Part shown: positions 1 through 12,050 of the stretch, in pieces
How positions within the stretch are numbered: position 1 is the first letter of the stretch
Layout: every line of letters starts with the position of its first letter
Assembly: GCF_001194135.2 (NCBI RefSeq)
Contig: NC_069002.1
Coordinates: 8,019,267-8,078,679, forward strand
From: Octopus bimaculoides
Taxonomy: Eukaryota
Direction: 5' to 3'
DNA length: 59,413 nucleotides
The notes under the pieces: model-generated
What the model was told of the DNA's origin: nothing
Database searches by the model: none
What the model saw: only the letters and a program-made list of their open reading frames with translations
Program-made: the position numbers and the translations under genes

Positions 1-633
1 ATATATATACACATACATACACACATATATATATATATATATATACACATACATACACATATATATATATATATATACACATACATACATACACACATAT
101 ATATATATATATATACACATACATACACACATATATATATATATACACATACATACACACATATATATATATATATATATACACATACATACACACATAT
201 ATATATATATATATATATACACATACATATATATATATAATTCTAGACGATTCATTCCCTTCGTGGAATCATATATTCAAACCTGAATACGAAGAATTTT
301 GTGTGTGTGTGTTGTATGCACACGTACAGAAAGATACATACACACACACATATCTATGGGATTTTGTCCACATGATAACGCAGTCGTTTAGAATAGTACG
401 CAGGCGTTAAAGAGGAAACGAATAACTGGCAAAGCTTTAATGGTAGTTCTATAATTCTTCATGTTGTGCATTAGAAATCACCAAAAAAAAAAAAAAAATG
501 AATAAATAAATTTATTACAAAATTCTAGAGACATAGTTTTCAATCTCGTCAACCTCAGATAGCTTCAGAGAGTTTCGGTAAGTTAACCTAAGAAGTTTCC
601 GGAACCGTTCATATAACTATATGCGAGTATGTT

Positions 634-664
<31 letters not shown>

Positions 665-688
665 GTAAGTAATATGTTTGTTTATGTA

Positions 689-732
<44 letters not shown>

Positions 733-1579
733 TTGATCTAGTACATAAAACCAGTGAATTTCGAAAAAAGCAAACCCCTACTGTCTTAAAAAAGAGGAAC
801 ATTGGACCGAATAATTCTTCACTTAGAAAAAGACGAATTTGTTGCTCATTGTACAAGTATAATCAATTTATTGTACCTAAATTTTAACAACAAAATTTTA
901 CATGGCCCACCAAAAGCCACAGGGACCCCGATTGACGACCACTGGTCTAAACAAACAACACCTTCAAGTTTCCACTACCAAGACAAACGCTAGCTTTCAC
1001 CATCAGCAACATTACCGACACCCAGTAAAACAATCAATATTATCGTCGCCGTCGTCGTCATGATCAACAGCAACAGTAACGATGTCTTTAACTTATGTTC
1101 TATCCATTGTACTAATGAAATGCAAATCTGCATTATCGATAGTGTAAGCGTATGATCTCTGCATGACGGCGTTATTGATTTCACAACAAAGATTTAAATT
1201 GGTTCGTTAACGGGACATCGTTAGATGACAACATAATGCTTTCATTTGTTCCTTTATCTATTAAGTAATCGATTATTAATCTGATGATTTAGCTTCTCAG
1301 GTTAAGACCGGTTTCAGTCTTTTGGCTATAGTAAGATCGGGTCATATCCCTTTTTTCATGTTTTAATCAGCAGAGGAGGGAAAACCAGACCCTAATGCAT
1401 GCGACAGAGTAAACACCACTAAAGACACCGAAAGACTTGACGGAGTTGGATTGAGTCTATGACCTCAAAAACAGAGGCAATCTACTGACAGTTCTTTCGT
1501 GAATCCAAAGCTATGGTAGATAACAGCTACCAAGCCGTGCAATGGAATCGATCTCATATTTATATTACTATGAAATAAA

Positions 1580-1877
1580 CTTCTTAATCGCAAAGCTATC
1601 TCTTGACCATATAACCGTAACTTAACCATATCCGCGTCTTAACTTTACAGCGAAACCTTAACTACTCACTGATGTCTGAACCAGACAGCTATGTCTTAAA
1701 TAAATTATCATATCTTAACTACACTGCAATGTCTTAATCGCACAGGCTTGTCTTAGATACGCTGACATATTTTAACCAGGGTCGTATCTCAACTAGACAG
1801 TCATGTCTTAATCGCACAGACATAACTCACTCACGTTGCCATGTCGTAACAACACAGACGTATCACAAATTTAATGC
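1580..1877. repeat. Diverged 19-bp minisatellite, about 16 units, consensus approx. TRTCTTAACYRSACAGNCA
   Basis: The CTTAA-like core recurs at 1583, 1602, 1621, 1638, 1657, 1676, 1695, 1714, 1733, 1752, 1771, 1788, 1807, 1826, 1845 and 1864 (period 19, twice 17). Confidence 0.85.
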
Positions 1878-2271
1878 TTTTTGAACAGATAAACTGTTAA
1901 ACAGAAACCACAAATGCTTTAACAATAACACAAATACGAAACTAACAACCGTATGTAATTTCTAGACGGTTGACGTATTGATTATTCTCAATGAAGCCCG
2001 AGACTGGTACATTAACATTCGATCTTTAATCAATCTTACTGAAATTGCAATCAAAGTTGAAAAACAATTCTAGGACAATACTAAAGCAAATGTAAAACGA
2101 TTCGCACAATTTCATAGGAGATGCATAACAATGTGTTGTGCAACGAAAGAAATTCGGCTGTGGGTCGGAAGAGGCCTTTTATCAAACCCCTCCAGAGGTC
2201 GATAAAATAAAGTACCTATCAAATGCTGAAATCAATGAAATCGATTTACTAAAATTACTGGCCTTCAGAGC

Positions 2272-2500
2272 AAGCATCAAAAACACAAAGAGCGACTCGT
2301 ACGTCCGCGTACGCCACAAACTCTCCCCTACGATAAATGTCCCCGTCTCTTCTGTGCCAACCTTGGCATGAACAACCACTTCAGGCACTAGCGCCCTTCG
2401 CACTCATGAACATGAAAAGGCTCGATCACTGGCTACAGATCTATTATTCGGTAGATCGCATAATCGTTAGACTGAAGGACAAAACGCCTCGTGAGATTTG
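2272..2500 (+). mobile_element. RTE-clade LINE 3' remnant (C-terminal C2H2-like tail plus 3'UTR)
   Basis: 2272-2391 reads KHQKHKERLVRPRTPQTLPYDKCPRLFCANLGMNNHFRH*, resembling the RTE ORF end (basic stretch, then C-x2-C...GL-x2-H-x-R-x-H) with the first Cys mutated. Confidence 0.5.
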
Positions 2501-2507
2501 TATTTAA

Positions 2508-2740
2508 GATGGTGAGCAAGCAGAATCGTTACTACGTGAGGCGAAATGCTTAGCAGCATTTCGTCCAGCTCCAAGTTCTGGGTTCAAATTCCGCCGAGAT
2601 TCTCTTTGCGCATCATTTTTTTTTTTTTTTTTTTGGTGGGAGAGGGTCTATGAAATAAGTACAAGATAAATCCTGCTGGGGGATGTAAATGACTAGTTCC
2701 GTCCCCCCAAACTTTCAGGAATTGCGTTCCGTCACCAAAA
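2508..2740 (+). mobile_element. SINE family B (tRNA-derived head, Nin/Deu-like core), degenerate
   Basis: ggtgagcaagcagaatcgtta...gcgaaatgcttagc...gttcaaattccgccgag, the same head as the copies at 22303, 50592 and 57855. Confidence 0.75.
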
Positions 2741-3199
2741 TTCTCAGGAATCTTATTCCTGAATAACAAAATTAATAATTAACTTAACCTGACCCCGAAC
2801 TTAAAATCGCGAGCCTTGAGCAAAACTTTAAACCACATGTAGTAGTAGTGATGGTGGTGGCAGTCGTAGAAATAATTTTGATTTCTCATTAAAAGTTTTC
2901 TGACAATTTAGTGAGAAAGAGACCTGTATTGAATTGCTGCTTGAAAATAAGAAAATAAATGAATGAAGCAAATAAAGGAAAACAAAAATAAAATATTTCA
3001 TAAAAAGAAATTTTTTAAAAAATGCTGTATTTAAAAATTATCAATCAAAAATCTCGACGTGAAAATATTTTATGATTAATAAATTATTGATAAATGTATT
3101 AATTACAAGATAACAGAAAGACTCTAAGAACAACAACAACAACGAACAATAACAGGAATGTAAGGACTATTAAAATAGAAACATCAAGAATACAGATAA

Positions 3200-3420
3200 C
3201 CGTAACGTCGATGATGCTGACGACGACGATGATCATAATGATGTTAATGTTGATGATGGTAGTGGTGGTGGAGTCGATGATCATTACCATCGCCGTGATT
3301 ATAACCATCATCATGATAATGAGGGGGGGGGCGACGAAGATGGTGACGATGAGAGTAGAGGTAATGATGATGATGATGACGATGAGAACGACGATGATGA
3401 TGAGAAGGATAAATGATAAG
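3200..3420. repeat. (GAT/GAC/GGT)n trinucleotide low-complexity tract
   Basis: Direct inspection; it explains ORFs 3099-3443 and 3211-3459. Confidence 0.9.
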
Positions 3421-3799
3421 GAAATCGTAAAAAGAAAAAACAATCCTTTCTATAGTTAAAGAACTTGAAATTCGCCATCAATAGCGACATATTTGATGAA
3501 TGACTCAATTATTAATGATGTATCGATAATACATAATAGAAGATAGTGAGAAGAAGAAGATGAAAGTGAAGGAGGAGGAAGAGGTGGAGGCGGTGAGAGA
3601 AGTTACAAAAGGAATACGTTGTTAAATTATAATAAATTAATTAAAAACTCTTAAATGGTGTTAAATAACAAATTTATACACATCTAGGAGCCTGTTAATT
3701 AATTAATTAACTGGATGTTTATAATGTCAAAGCTATTATTATACGGGATGGAAAATCGATTGCAGTATTTTATATCTGATGTACGAGTATATATTGTAT

Positions 3800-3843
<44 letters not shown>

Positions 3844-3872
3844 ACATATATATATATAAATATATATATACA

Positions 3873-3906
<34 letters not shown>

Positions 3907-3947
3907 CATATATGTATATCTCTCTCTATATATATATGTGTGTGTGT

Positions 3948-4142
3948 GGAGGTGCGTGGCTTAGTGGTTAGGGTATCAGCATCATGATCGTTAGATTGTG
4001 GTTTCGATTCCTGGACCGGGTGACGTGTTGTGTTCTTGAGCAAAACATCATTTCACGTTGCTCCAGTCCACTCAGTTGGCAAAAATGAGTAACGCTGCGA
4101 TGGACTGGCGTCCAGCTGGGGAACACATACGCCATTGAAACC
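3948..4142 (+). mobile_element. SINE family C (tRNA head plus V/Meta-like GTGTCCTTGAGCAAAACA core)
   Basis: Box A tggcttagtgg, box B gtttcgattcc, then gtgttcttgagcaaaacatcatttcacgttgctccagtccactcag; homologous to 22638 and 52725. Confidence 0.85.
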
Positions 4143-5038
4143 AACACACAATTTTCACCAACCACGAGTTAAGTATATGTATATGTGCAAAAACTTCTAC
4201 TTTGAATAGACTAGCATCTTATCCAGGAGCATATTTATATTTTAACCGTTTCATGCTGTTGAAAGCGGCAGCAAAAATAACTCGTAATCTATTAACTGGC
4301 TTCTTGAGAAACAACGCAAAATATTCAGCAACTACGATATGATATATGTGTACAAATGTAAAAGCTTCTACTTTGAATAGACTAGCATCTTATCCAGTAG
4401 TATATTTAACTTTTAACCGCAATATGTTTTTAAGATCGAAGGGGAAAATAACGGCTCCTATCGCTGCTTGTAATGTTCCTTCATGTTTTGTCATGACATA
4501 TCTGAATCTGCAATTATGAATCTTCCAGGTATCAAACTGGAATAGATAAAATTTTGTTTGCAGAGGTACCTAGAATTTTCATGATGAGGACACCACTTCG
4601 ACTAATACCTCATAAGAGAAAAAGTCTGATTTTTTTAGCGTTGTGAAGATGCGGAAAAAATCTGACTCGTCCACGAGCTCACAGAATTTAAAGGCTAAAG
4701 TCACTGAGTCAACAGTACTAACCCTTCCCACAGGAATTCGTAGAATTATATTGTAATAAAACATACACACACACATATATACAAGGCGTTTACAGGAACA
4801 TATATGCGTACATACGTATGTATATATACACTAGCATAGCTAGTGTGTGACACCCAGGGCGGCCCTTCCATTTGTCACCTCCGGACCCCACAAAAAACAT
4901 ATTGCTTAGAGCAGACCAAAAAGTCCAGTGATATCAAAGTTTTCACGTTTCAGCTGGAGGGAGCAGAACAGGGATTGACTAAAAACAATGATTCGGTTCG
5001 AGGTTTTTTCATCAATGGTGCCAAATAGACACACAAGG

Positions 5039-5039
<1 letters not shown>

Positions 5040-5098
<59 letters not shown>

Positions 5099-5246
5099 TG
5101 TGTGTGTGTGCGTGCGTATATGCATATATATGTATGTATGTATGTATGCATACATATATATGTACATACATATATATACATATATATGTATGCATACATA
5201 TATATGTATATACATATATATACATATATATGTATGCATACATATA

Positions 5247-5345
<99 letters not shown>

Positions 5346-5360
5346 TTATATCTACATACA
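5040..5360. repeat. Compound (TA)n/(TG)n/(TATG)n microsatellite, representative of dozens in the window
   Basis: Direct inspection; it yields the YIYI/CVCV pseudo-ORFs. Confidence 0.97.
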
Positions 5361-6079
5361 TATCTCTCCAAGCGTTATCGAAGCCTAATAGGATTATCTA
5401 TTATTATAGAAAAACAACCAATGCCAATGTAAGTAATCTCTACAAACCAGGAATCCAAAAATATTTGTCACCTTACAAGATTAAAAAAGACTCAGCATAA
5501 TGAGAATAGGATATGAAAATTTTCGCAATGAAGCACAACAAATATGTATTTTCCCATCATGAGCTGCCAAACGGATATTACTATTGTTTCGACACCTTGA
5601 CACTATAGAATTCAATTCGGTTCTATAAAGAGTGTTAGAATCATGTCTGCTGCTTGTGAATCAATAGTAATTGGTAGGAGTGAAATATTTGCGTAGTATG
5701 ACCATTACGCCAACATTTGCTTTTCACGACAAGCAAACTCAAAATTAGACTATTAGTATTAACTTATTCTCACAAAACAGTACCCATAAAACAAAGAGAC
5801 TACTTCCACAAAGGTTATTGTTATCCTAAAATTATTACCAACAAATAAACAAGCCAAATATATCAAGGAAAAAAAAACATTGAATCACTGATATATATAT
5901 AGCATACATATACGTATATACATACACACATTTATGTGTTATACATATTTGTATATGTGTGTTTATGAGTGCGTGTGTGTGTAAAGATACATTTACAAAC
6001 ATATATATATATATATATATATATATGAGTGTTTGTATGTATGTATATATGTATATATTCATGCAAGCATTATGTTCCT

Positions 6080-6655
6080 TTTTATTTTAGTTTTATTTAA
6101 CTACTTGAGAGAGTTAAAACCGGTCGTTAACAAATCAACAAGACTTTTTGAGTTAAAAGATTTATCGGTGTTTGTAAATGTGTTGTTGTGTTGGCGTGTT
6201 GGTTCAGGTGTCATTGCACACACCCAAATCTATGGATCTATTCATCTAACGAATCTCAGATAGAGAATCTTTGGAATGTCTTATAGGTCTACACTATGCC
6301 ACTAATGGTATTTGTGTCAGTTTTGTTTGGTCTTTTTTGAAAAGCCTAGTATTCCTATTTTATTGTGTATGAGTGTTTTTAGATTTACTGGTATATACTC
6401 TAATGCACCTCTGATGATATGTACAAATGAGAGTTTGTAGTCAGAGTACAAGAGCTGTGTGTTCCGCATTAATTCACTATAAATGTTGAGCTTTTTCCCT
6501 GGACTTTTGATTGTATATTCACATCCGCTGACGCTGGTTTCTACAATAGCTCATGTCTTTTGTCCCCTTTCCCACAAAACAATATCGTTATGTTTGCACT
6601 GAACGGCTGGTTTTATTAGATTGCTCCAGCAGTATTCCTTCTTTTAAGGTTTGAA
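6080..6655 (-). mobile_element. R4/Dong-clade non-LTR retrotransposon 3' fragment (restriction-like endonuclease domain), decayed
   Basis: Minus frame from about 6645: KEYCWSNLIKPAVQCKHNDIVLWERGQKT*AIVETS...KLNIYSELMRNTQLLYSDYKLSFVHIIRGALEYIPVNL. This is the HN(RP)DIV...E...K..KY..L...PIIIGALG pattern of R4-type RLE, with in-frame stops. Confidence 0.8.
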
Positions 6656-6961
6656 TCTGTGCGTACGTGCGTACGTATGTAAGCATGTATGTATATATGT
6701 ATGTGTTTGTGCGTGCATGTATGCAAAATGATTCAGCAGTATTTATTAGGGAGTAAATCAATACATATTAACTATCATTGATGTTTATCAACAAATATTC
6801 GATCTCTCTTCTAACATGCATTTAGTTGTATAAACACGAGAAAAACTTACCATTGCCTGCCGTCGCTATTAACTTTACTAACGTCATAATGCAGTGAGGG
6901 CCAAAATTTATAGATTTATCGAAGACTAATATTCAGCATACATATTCATGTATATATGTAT

Positions 6962-7470
6962 ATCATTATTCAGTTTATTAAGATTTCTTGCCAAAAGAGA
7001 AAGAGCCGGGTTTCTAACCTAGATCCAAGGCTCCTTCATTGGAATTTCAATCTCAACAACAGGGTATTTTTGTTTGCATGTATGTACGTATGTGCGGTCT
7101 AGGACTAACTTATATTTTTCATTTTCGGAGCCGAAAATGCAAAATATAAGTTAGTCCTAGAGCGCACAATGTTCCCGAAGGTCAGCAATGGTCTTCCTCG
7201 GTCACGAGTGGACGGCCATCATGTATGTGCAGATTTGTATGTTTTATGTATGTATTCTCATGCATACGGTTGCATGTCTAGACATGCTCATATGCATTTA
7301 AATGATAAACTTCTGGAAAGTTTTACAGATTTTTACAGTTCCAGTATTGAACTGGATCTGTAGTCTTCGAATTAGCTTTCTCCTTTCTGGTTTTGAGATG
7401 CCTAATTTCTCAAGATTGGTATTTAGGCTGTCTGTTACTTATCCCAGGGCCCCAATAATTACAGGTTTGT
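6962..7470 (-). mobile_element. Second R4/Dong-clade 3' fragment (ORF end plus 3'UTR)
   Basis: 7468-7298 reads KPVIIGALG*VTDSLNTNLEKLGISKPERRKLIRRLQIQFNTGTVKICKTFQKFII*, the typical RLE C-terminus. The 3' end resembles that of the 6080 copy. Confidence 0.8.
7091..7168. repeat. Near-perfect 38-bp-stem hairpin in the R4-like 3'UTR
   Basis: tgtgcggtctaggactaacttatatttttcattttcgg-ag-ccgaaaatgcaaaatataagttagtcctagagcgcaca; 2 mismatches, 2-nt loop. Confidence 0.95.
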
Positions 7471-7610
7471 ATGTATGTATGTATGTATGTATGTATGTAC
7501 GTTTGTATATATGTTTATATGTATGTATGTATCTGTGTATGTATGCATGGATGTATGTGTGTATCTACATATGTGTATATCTGTGTCTGTGTGTGTATAT
7601 TTTTATTGTC

Positions 7611-8025
7611 TTTTACATATTTCAGGTATTAGATTGTGGCCATGGTGGGGAAACAAACTGAAGAATTTTAGTGAAACCAAGCGATCTTAGCATATTTTCC
7701 AAAACTTTGTATTTATTCTATTTAATCTGTTTTGCCGAACCGCTAGAACGCGAGCACTTACAAGCCTGCACAATAACATCAGTCGTCAAGGGTGATGGGG
7801 GACAACCCCCCCACACATACACATAACCACATACACACACTCACACATAACCACACACATAAATGTATATAGATACATGTATGTGTATGTATGTGTGTGT
7901 GTGTGAACGACGGGCTTCTTTCAGTTTCTGTCTACCAAACCAACTCACAGGGCTTTGGTCGGCCCAAAGACTGAACTCGTAATCCTGTTACTGGGAAGCA
8001 ATTTTTTTACCACAGCCACGCCTGC
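7611..8025 (-). mobile_element. SINE family A (tRNA head, internal microsatellite, CCAGCATGGCC tail)
   Basis: Reverse complement of the family seen on + at 11289 (tgtggtaa...gggccgaccaaagccc tgtgag...gaagcccgtcg). Confidence 0.85.
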
Positions 8026-8224
8026 ATATATATATGTACAGTCTATATATTTATATGTATATATGTATGTGTGCATATTAACACACAACACACACACACA
8101 CACACACACACACAGAATTATAGATAGATAGAGAGAGGGAGACAGACAGACAGACAGGGGAGAAAGAGATACAAAGAGTGAGAGACTGACATGTGTATAC
8201 GCACTTATATAACTAGCCATACCT

Positions 8225-8285
<61 letters not shown>

Positions 8286-9939
8286 NNNNNNNNNNNNNNN
8301 NNNNNNNNNNNNNNNNNNNNNNNNNNNNNNNNNNNNNNNNNNNNNNNNNNNNNNNNNNNNNNNNNNNNNNNNNNNNNNNNNNNNNNNNNNNNNNNNNNNN
8401 NNNNNNNNNNNNNNNNNNNNNNNNNNNNNNNNNNNNNNNNNNNNNNNNNNNNNNNNNNNNNNNNNNNNNNNNNNNNNNNNNNNNNNNNNNNNNNNNNNNN
8501 NNNNNNNNNNNNNNNNNNNNNNNNNNNNNNNNNNNNNNNNNNNNNNNNNNNNNNNNNNNNNNNNNNNNNNNNNNNNNNNNNNNNNNNNNNNNNNNNNNNN
8601 NNNNNNNNNNNNNNNNNNNNNNNNNNNNNNNNNNNNNNNNNNNNNNNNNNNNNNNNNNNNNNNNNNNNNNNNNNNNNNNNNNNNNNNNNNNNNNNNNNNN
8701 NNNNNNNNNNNNNNNNNNNNNNNNNNNNNNNNNNNNNNNNNNNNNNNNNNNNNNNNNNNNNNNNNNNNNNNNNNNNNNNNNNNNNNNNNNNNNNNNNNNN
8801 NNNNNTATATATATACACACACACACACACACACAGAGAAACACACTGGAACATACACACACACACAACCCCACACACACGCAGTTACACTGACGAGAAC
8901 AGTCACGCTGAGAGAGTGTGTTCGTAGTTGTTTTCTCTTTTCAAGATAAGAGTTCACAAGTTGTGACAAATTGTTCCCGGCTGACAAGCTTCAGCAACGG
9001 GTGGCATCTAGTAGCAGACGGCTGTGAGTTGTGAACTTACTGCATCAAAACGAAACCAGTTAATCTTGTCTTGTGTATTCTACTTAAGAATGCTTATACG
9101 TAATTTGTAAATACATACATTCATCTAATTTCACATATTCTTTTGCACATTCACGGACATGTATATATATATACACATACACACACGCAAATACACACAC
9201 ACACACACACACATATACATACATATATTAATATTATGAGAGAGAGAGAGGGAGAAAGAGAGAGACAGATAGGCAGAGATTGAGATTGGAGTGAACGTAA
9301 GCGAAAGATTGTGAGAGGAGATAGATATATATTTATATATATGCATATACAATATATATGCTTATACATACATATACCTGTATATTTCTATGTATATAAA
9401 AATATTTATGTATATGTATATATATATATGTATGCATACATCTATATACATATACGCATACATATATATGCATGTATATGTATTTATGTATATAGTTGTG
9501 TGTGTGCGTCTATATATATATATATAATCAAATGAATGTATAACTAAAATGCCGGAAGGAAAATTGGCAGTAAACACCAGAGATTTTACTAATCTATTCT
9601 TCTACACTTCAATGTTTCTTCATTGTTATTACCCCACCTCTCTCTCTCTCTCTCTCTCTCAAGCGTATTCACACATACACACGTACGGAAACAATGGACA
9701 TACACACACAACCTCACTCACCTGCCTACACTCCCTCTCTCGGACGCGTATGTATGTGCCTGTGCGTGTGTGTCAGTGTTCCTATGTATGCAAACATATT
9801 TGTATTTATGTATGTATGTATGTATGTATGTGTTCATAGATGGATGCATGTATGCCGTACAACAATCAGAATTCTGTATATACGCATATTCGATTTTTCA
9901 TGTTTTTTCATGTTTTGCTCTGCAGAAAACTAAAAAGAG

Positions 9940-10062
9940 ATCAAAGGTCCAAGAATTTCCTCTGTAACATTTTGGAAGTTCAATAAGCTGACCATTGGAA
10001 ACACTTGTCTCTCAGAACACGCCCGCAAATTGTTACCGATTAAATATCTAAAACTTTTCTCT
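9940..10062 (-). mobile_element. Possible CR1/L2-type reverse transcriptase remnant
   Basis: Minus frame ...LRACSERQVFPMVSLLNFQNVTEEILGPLISF weakly resembles the RT region upstream of and including GVPQGSILGPLLF; truncated by an N gap. Confidence 0.3.
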
Positions 10063-10614
10063 NNNNNNNNNNNNNNNNNNNNNNNNNNNNNNNNNNNNNN
10101 NNNNNNNNNNNNNNNNNNNNNNNNNNNNNNNNNNNNNNNNNNNNNNNNNNNNNNNNNNNNNNNNNNNNNNNNNNNNNNNNNNNNNNNNNNNNNNNNNNNN
10201 NNNNNNNNNNNNNNNNNNNNNNNNNNNNNNNNNNNNNNNNNNNNNNNNNNNNNNNNNNNNNNNNNNNNNNNNNNNNNNNNNNNNNNNNNNNNNNNNNNNN
10301 NNNNNNNNNNNNNNNNNNNNNNNNNNNNNNNNNNNNNNNNNNNNNNNNNNNNNNNNNNNNNNNNNNNNNNNNNNNNNNNNNNNNNNNNNNNNNNNNNNNN
10401 NNNNNNNNNNNNNNNNNNNNNNNNNNNNNNNNNNNNNNNNNNNNNNNNNNNNNNNNNNNNNNNNNNNNNNNNNNNNNNNNNNNNNNNNNNNNNNNNNNNN
10501 NNNNNNNNNNNNNNNNNNNNNNNNNNNNNNNNNNNNNNNNNATATATATATATATACATATGTGTGTGTATGTATGTGTTTGTGTGTACATAAATATATA
10601 TATGTATGTACATA

Positions 10615-10660
<46 letters not shown>

Positions 10661-11288
10661 GTGTGTGTATGTATGTGTTTGTGTGTACATAAATATATAT
10701 ATGTATGTACATATGTATATTATATATATATATATATATAATAGAAAGATGCAAAAAAAAAAAGAAAGAAAACAGGCTTTAATCACAATTTGCAACACTT
10801 GTTTCTGTGGTGTGGTTGCAGCTTTGAACCGGTACGTTTTCATTCTCATATCACTACATAAAACTATTTCATAAATTATTACATAGATAAATATGATTCA
10901 GCTACAGCTGTATGCCGGCGCTTCGTCGGGGAGATTGCAATTAAAGCACGACTCGATCTCTTTGAAATTTCCTCTCTTTTATATGTTTTCTCATAATTTT
11001 CTTTCATATTTTACCGATTAGTTCGTAAATTCGAGCACACACAAGTTACAAACACCAAATGATATATATGTTGTAAAAATAAAATTAAAAAAATGTTAAT
11101 TCCAAAACCAAATTCGTTAATAGTAACAGAAAATAAATAAATATATAAATCCATATCAAACGAAAGATCCGTTTTTTTTTAAATTTTATCATAAGCTTTT
11201 AAATGTACGTTATGAGGTTATTTCCCGGATGATACTGAATGTGTGTGTGTGTGTATGTGTGTGCTTGTGTGGGTATAGATGCATAGAT

Positions 11289-11486
11289 GCAGGTTGTCTG
11301 TGTGGTAAGAAGCCTGCTTCCCAACGACATGGTTCCGGGTTCAGTTCCACTGCGTGGCATCTTGAGGAATTGTTTCCTACTATAGCCTCGGGCCGACCAA
11401 AGCCTTGTGAGTGGATTTTGGTAGACGGAAACTGAAAGAAGCCCTTCGTGTATGTATGTATGTATGCATGTATATATATATATATA

Positions 11487-11525
<39 letters not shown>

Positions 11526-11750
11526 CTATGTGTATGTATGTGTCTGCGTGTTGTGTTTGTCCCCCACCACCGTTTGACAACTGGTTTTGGTGTGTAGACG
11601 TTCTCGTGACTAAACAGTTCGGCAAAAGATAGCGATAGAGTAAGTACCAGGCTTTAAAAAATAAGTCCTGAAGTCAATTAGTTCCACTGAAAAAAAAAAG
11701 CCCTTCAGGACAGTGCCCCAGCATGACCGCAGTCCAAGTAAAAGATAAGA
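11289..11750 (+). mobile_element. SINE family A, near full length
   Basis: tgtggtaagaagcctgcttcccaac...ggttccgggttcagttccactgcgtggca...gaaagaagccc, then (TA)(TG)n, then gtttgacaac...cccagcatgaccgcagtccaagtaaaaga. Confidence 0.9.
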
Positions 11751-11798
11751 CATATGTATACATACATATATATACACACACACACACACACACATAGC

Positions 11799-11848
<50 letters not shown>

Positions 11849-12044
11849 CCGACATCCACATATATACACGCGTGTCTGGTGACTGACTTTCAGCACAAGG
11901 AAAAACTTTTAGCGCGAAATACAACCAGTTAAACGAATGTACCTAGAGGCGATAATATTTATTGATTTTTTGTTTTTCCTCCTGCAAAACATTGCTAGCA
12001 GCCGTATATTAACAGGTATGATATAAAGAAATTTTGGGTAATCT

Positions 12045-12050
12045 ACTTAC
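12045..12050 (-). other. 5' splice donor (CAG|GTAAGT), phase 0, after Gln45 of the octopressin precursor
   Basis: Minus strand reads ...CCG AGA CAG|GTAAGTAG, a perfect consensus. Read-through hits a stop at 12009-12011 with none of the neurophysin Cys pattern. Confidence 0.93.

Noticed and set aside
678-887. ORF containing GPN...ICC, reminiscent of neurophysin (CGPN...NICC)
   Set aside because: Wrong strand relative to the octopressin exon, wrong spacing, and the other conserved cysteines are missing.
900-952. Possible hAT/Charlie MITE end (gaccccgattgacgaccactg|gtctaaac; similar at about 52700-52730)
   Set aside because: No matching opposite terminus or TSD could be established.
990-1184. 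Minus ORF ending VADGES, like neurophysin CVADG
   Set aside because: No flanking cysteines or splice signals; a chance match in low-complexity sequence.
1580-1877. CRISPR-like interpretation of the 19-bp array
   Set aside because: Eukaryotic context, repeats and spacers far too short, and no cas genes.
4906-5500. Long overlapping ORFs rich in YI/CV/HT, here and throughout, plus all ORFs spanning X runs
   Set aside because: Translations of dinucleotide microsatellites or of N gaps.
9035-9060. Perfect minus-strand GTAAGT donor at about 9040
   Set aside because: The upstream sequence shows no neurophysin-like or other recognisable coding frame.
10545-10740. About 100-bp tandem duplication of compound microsatellite
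   Set aside because: Abuts a gap edge; likely an assembly artefact or ordinary slippage.
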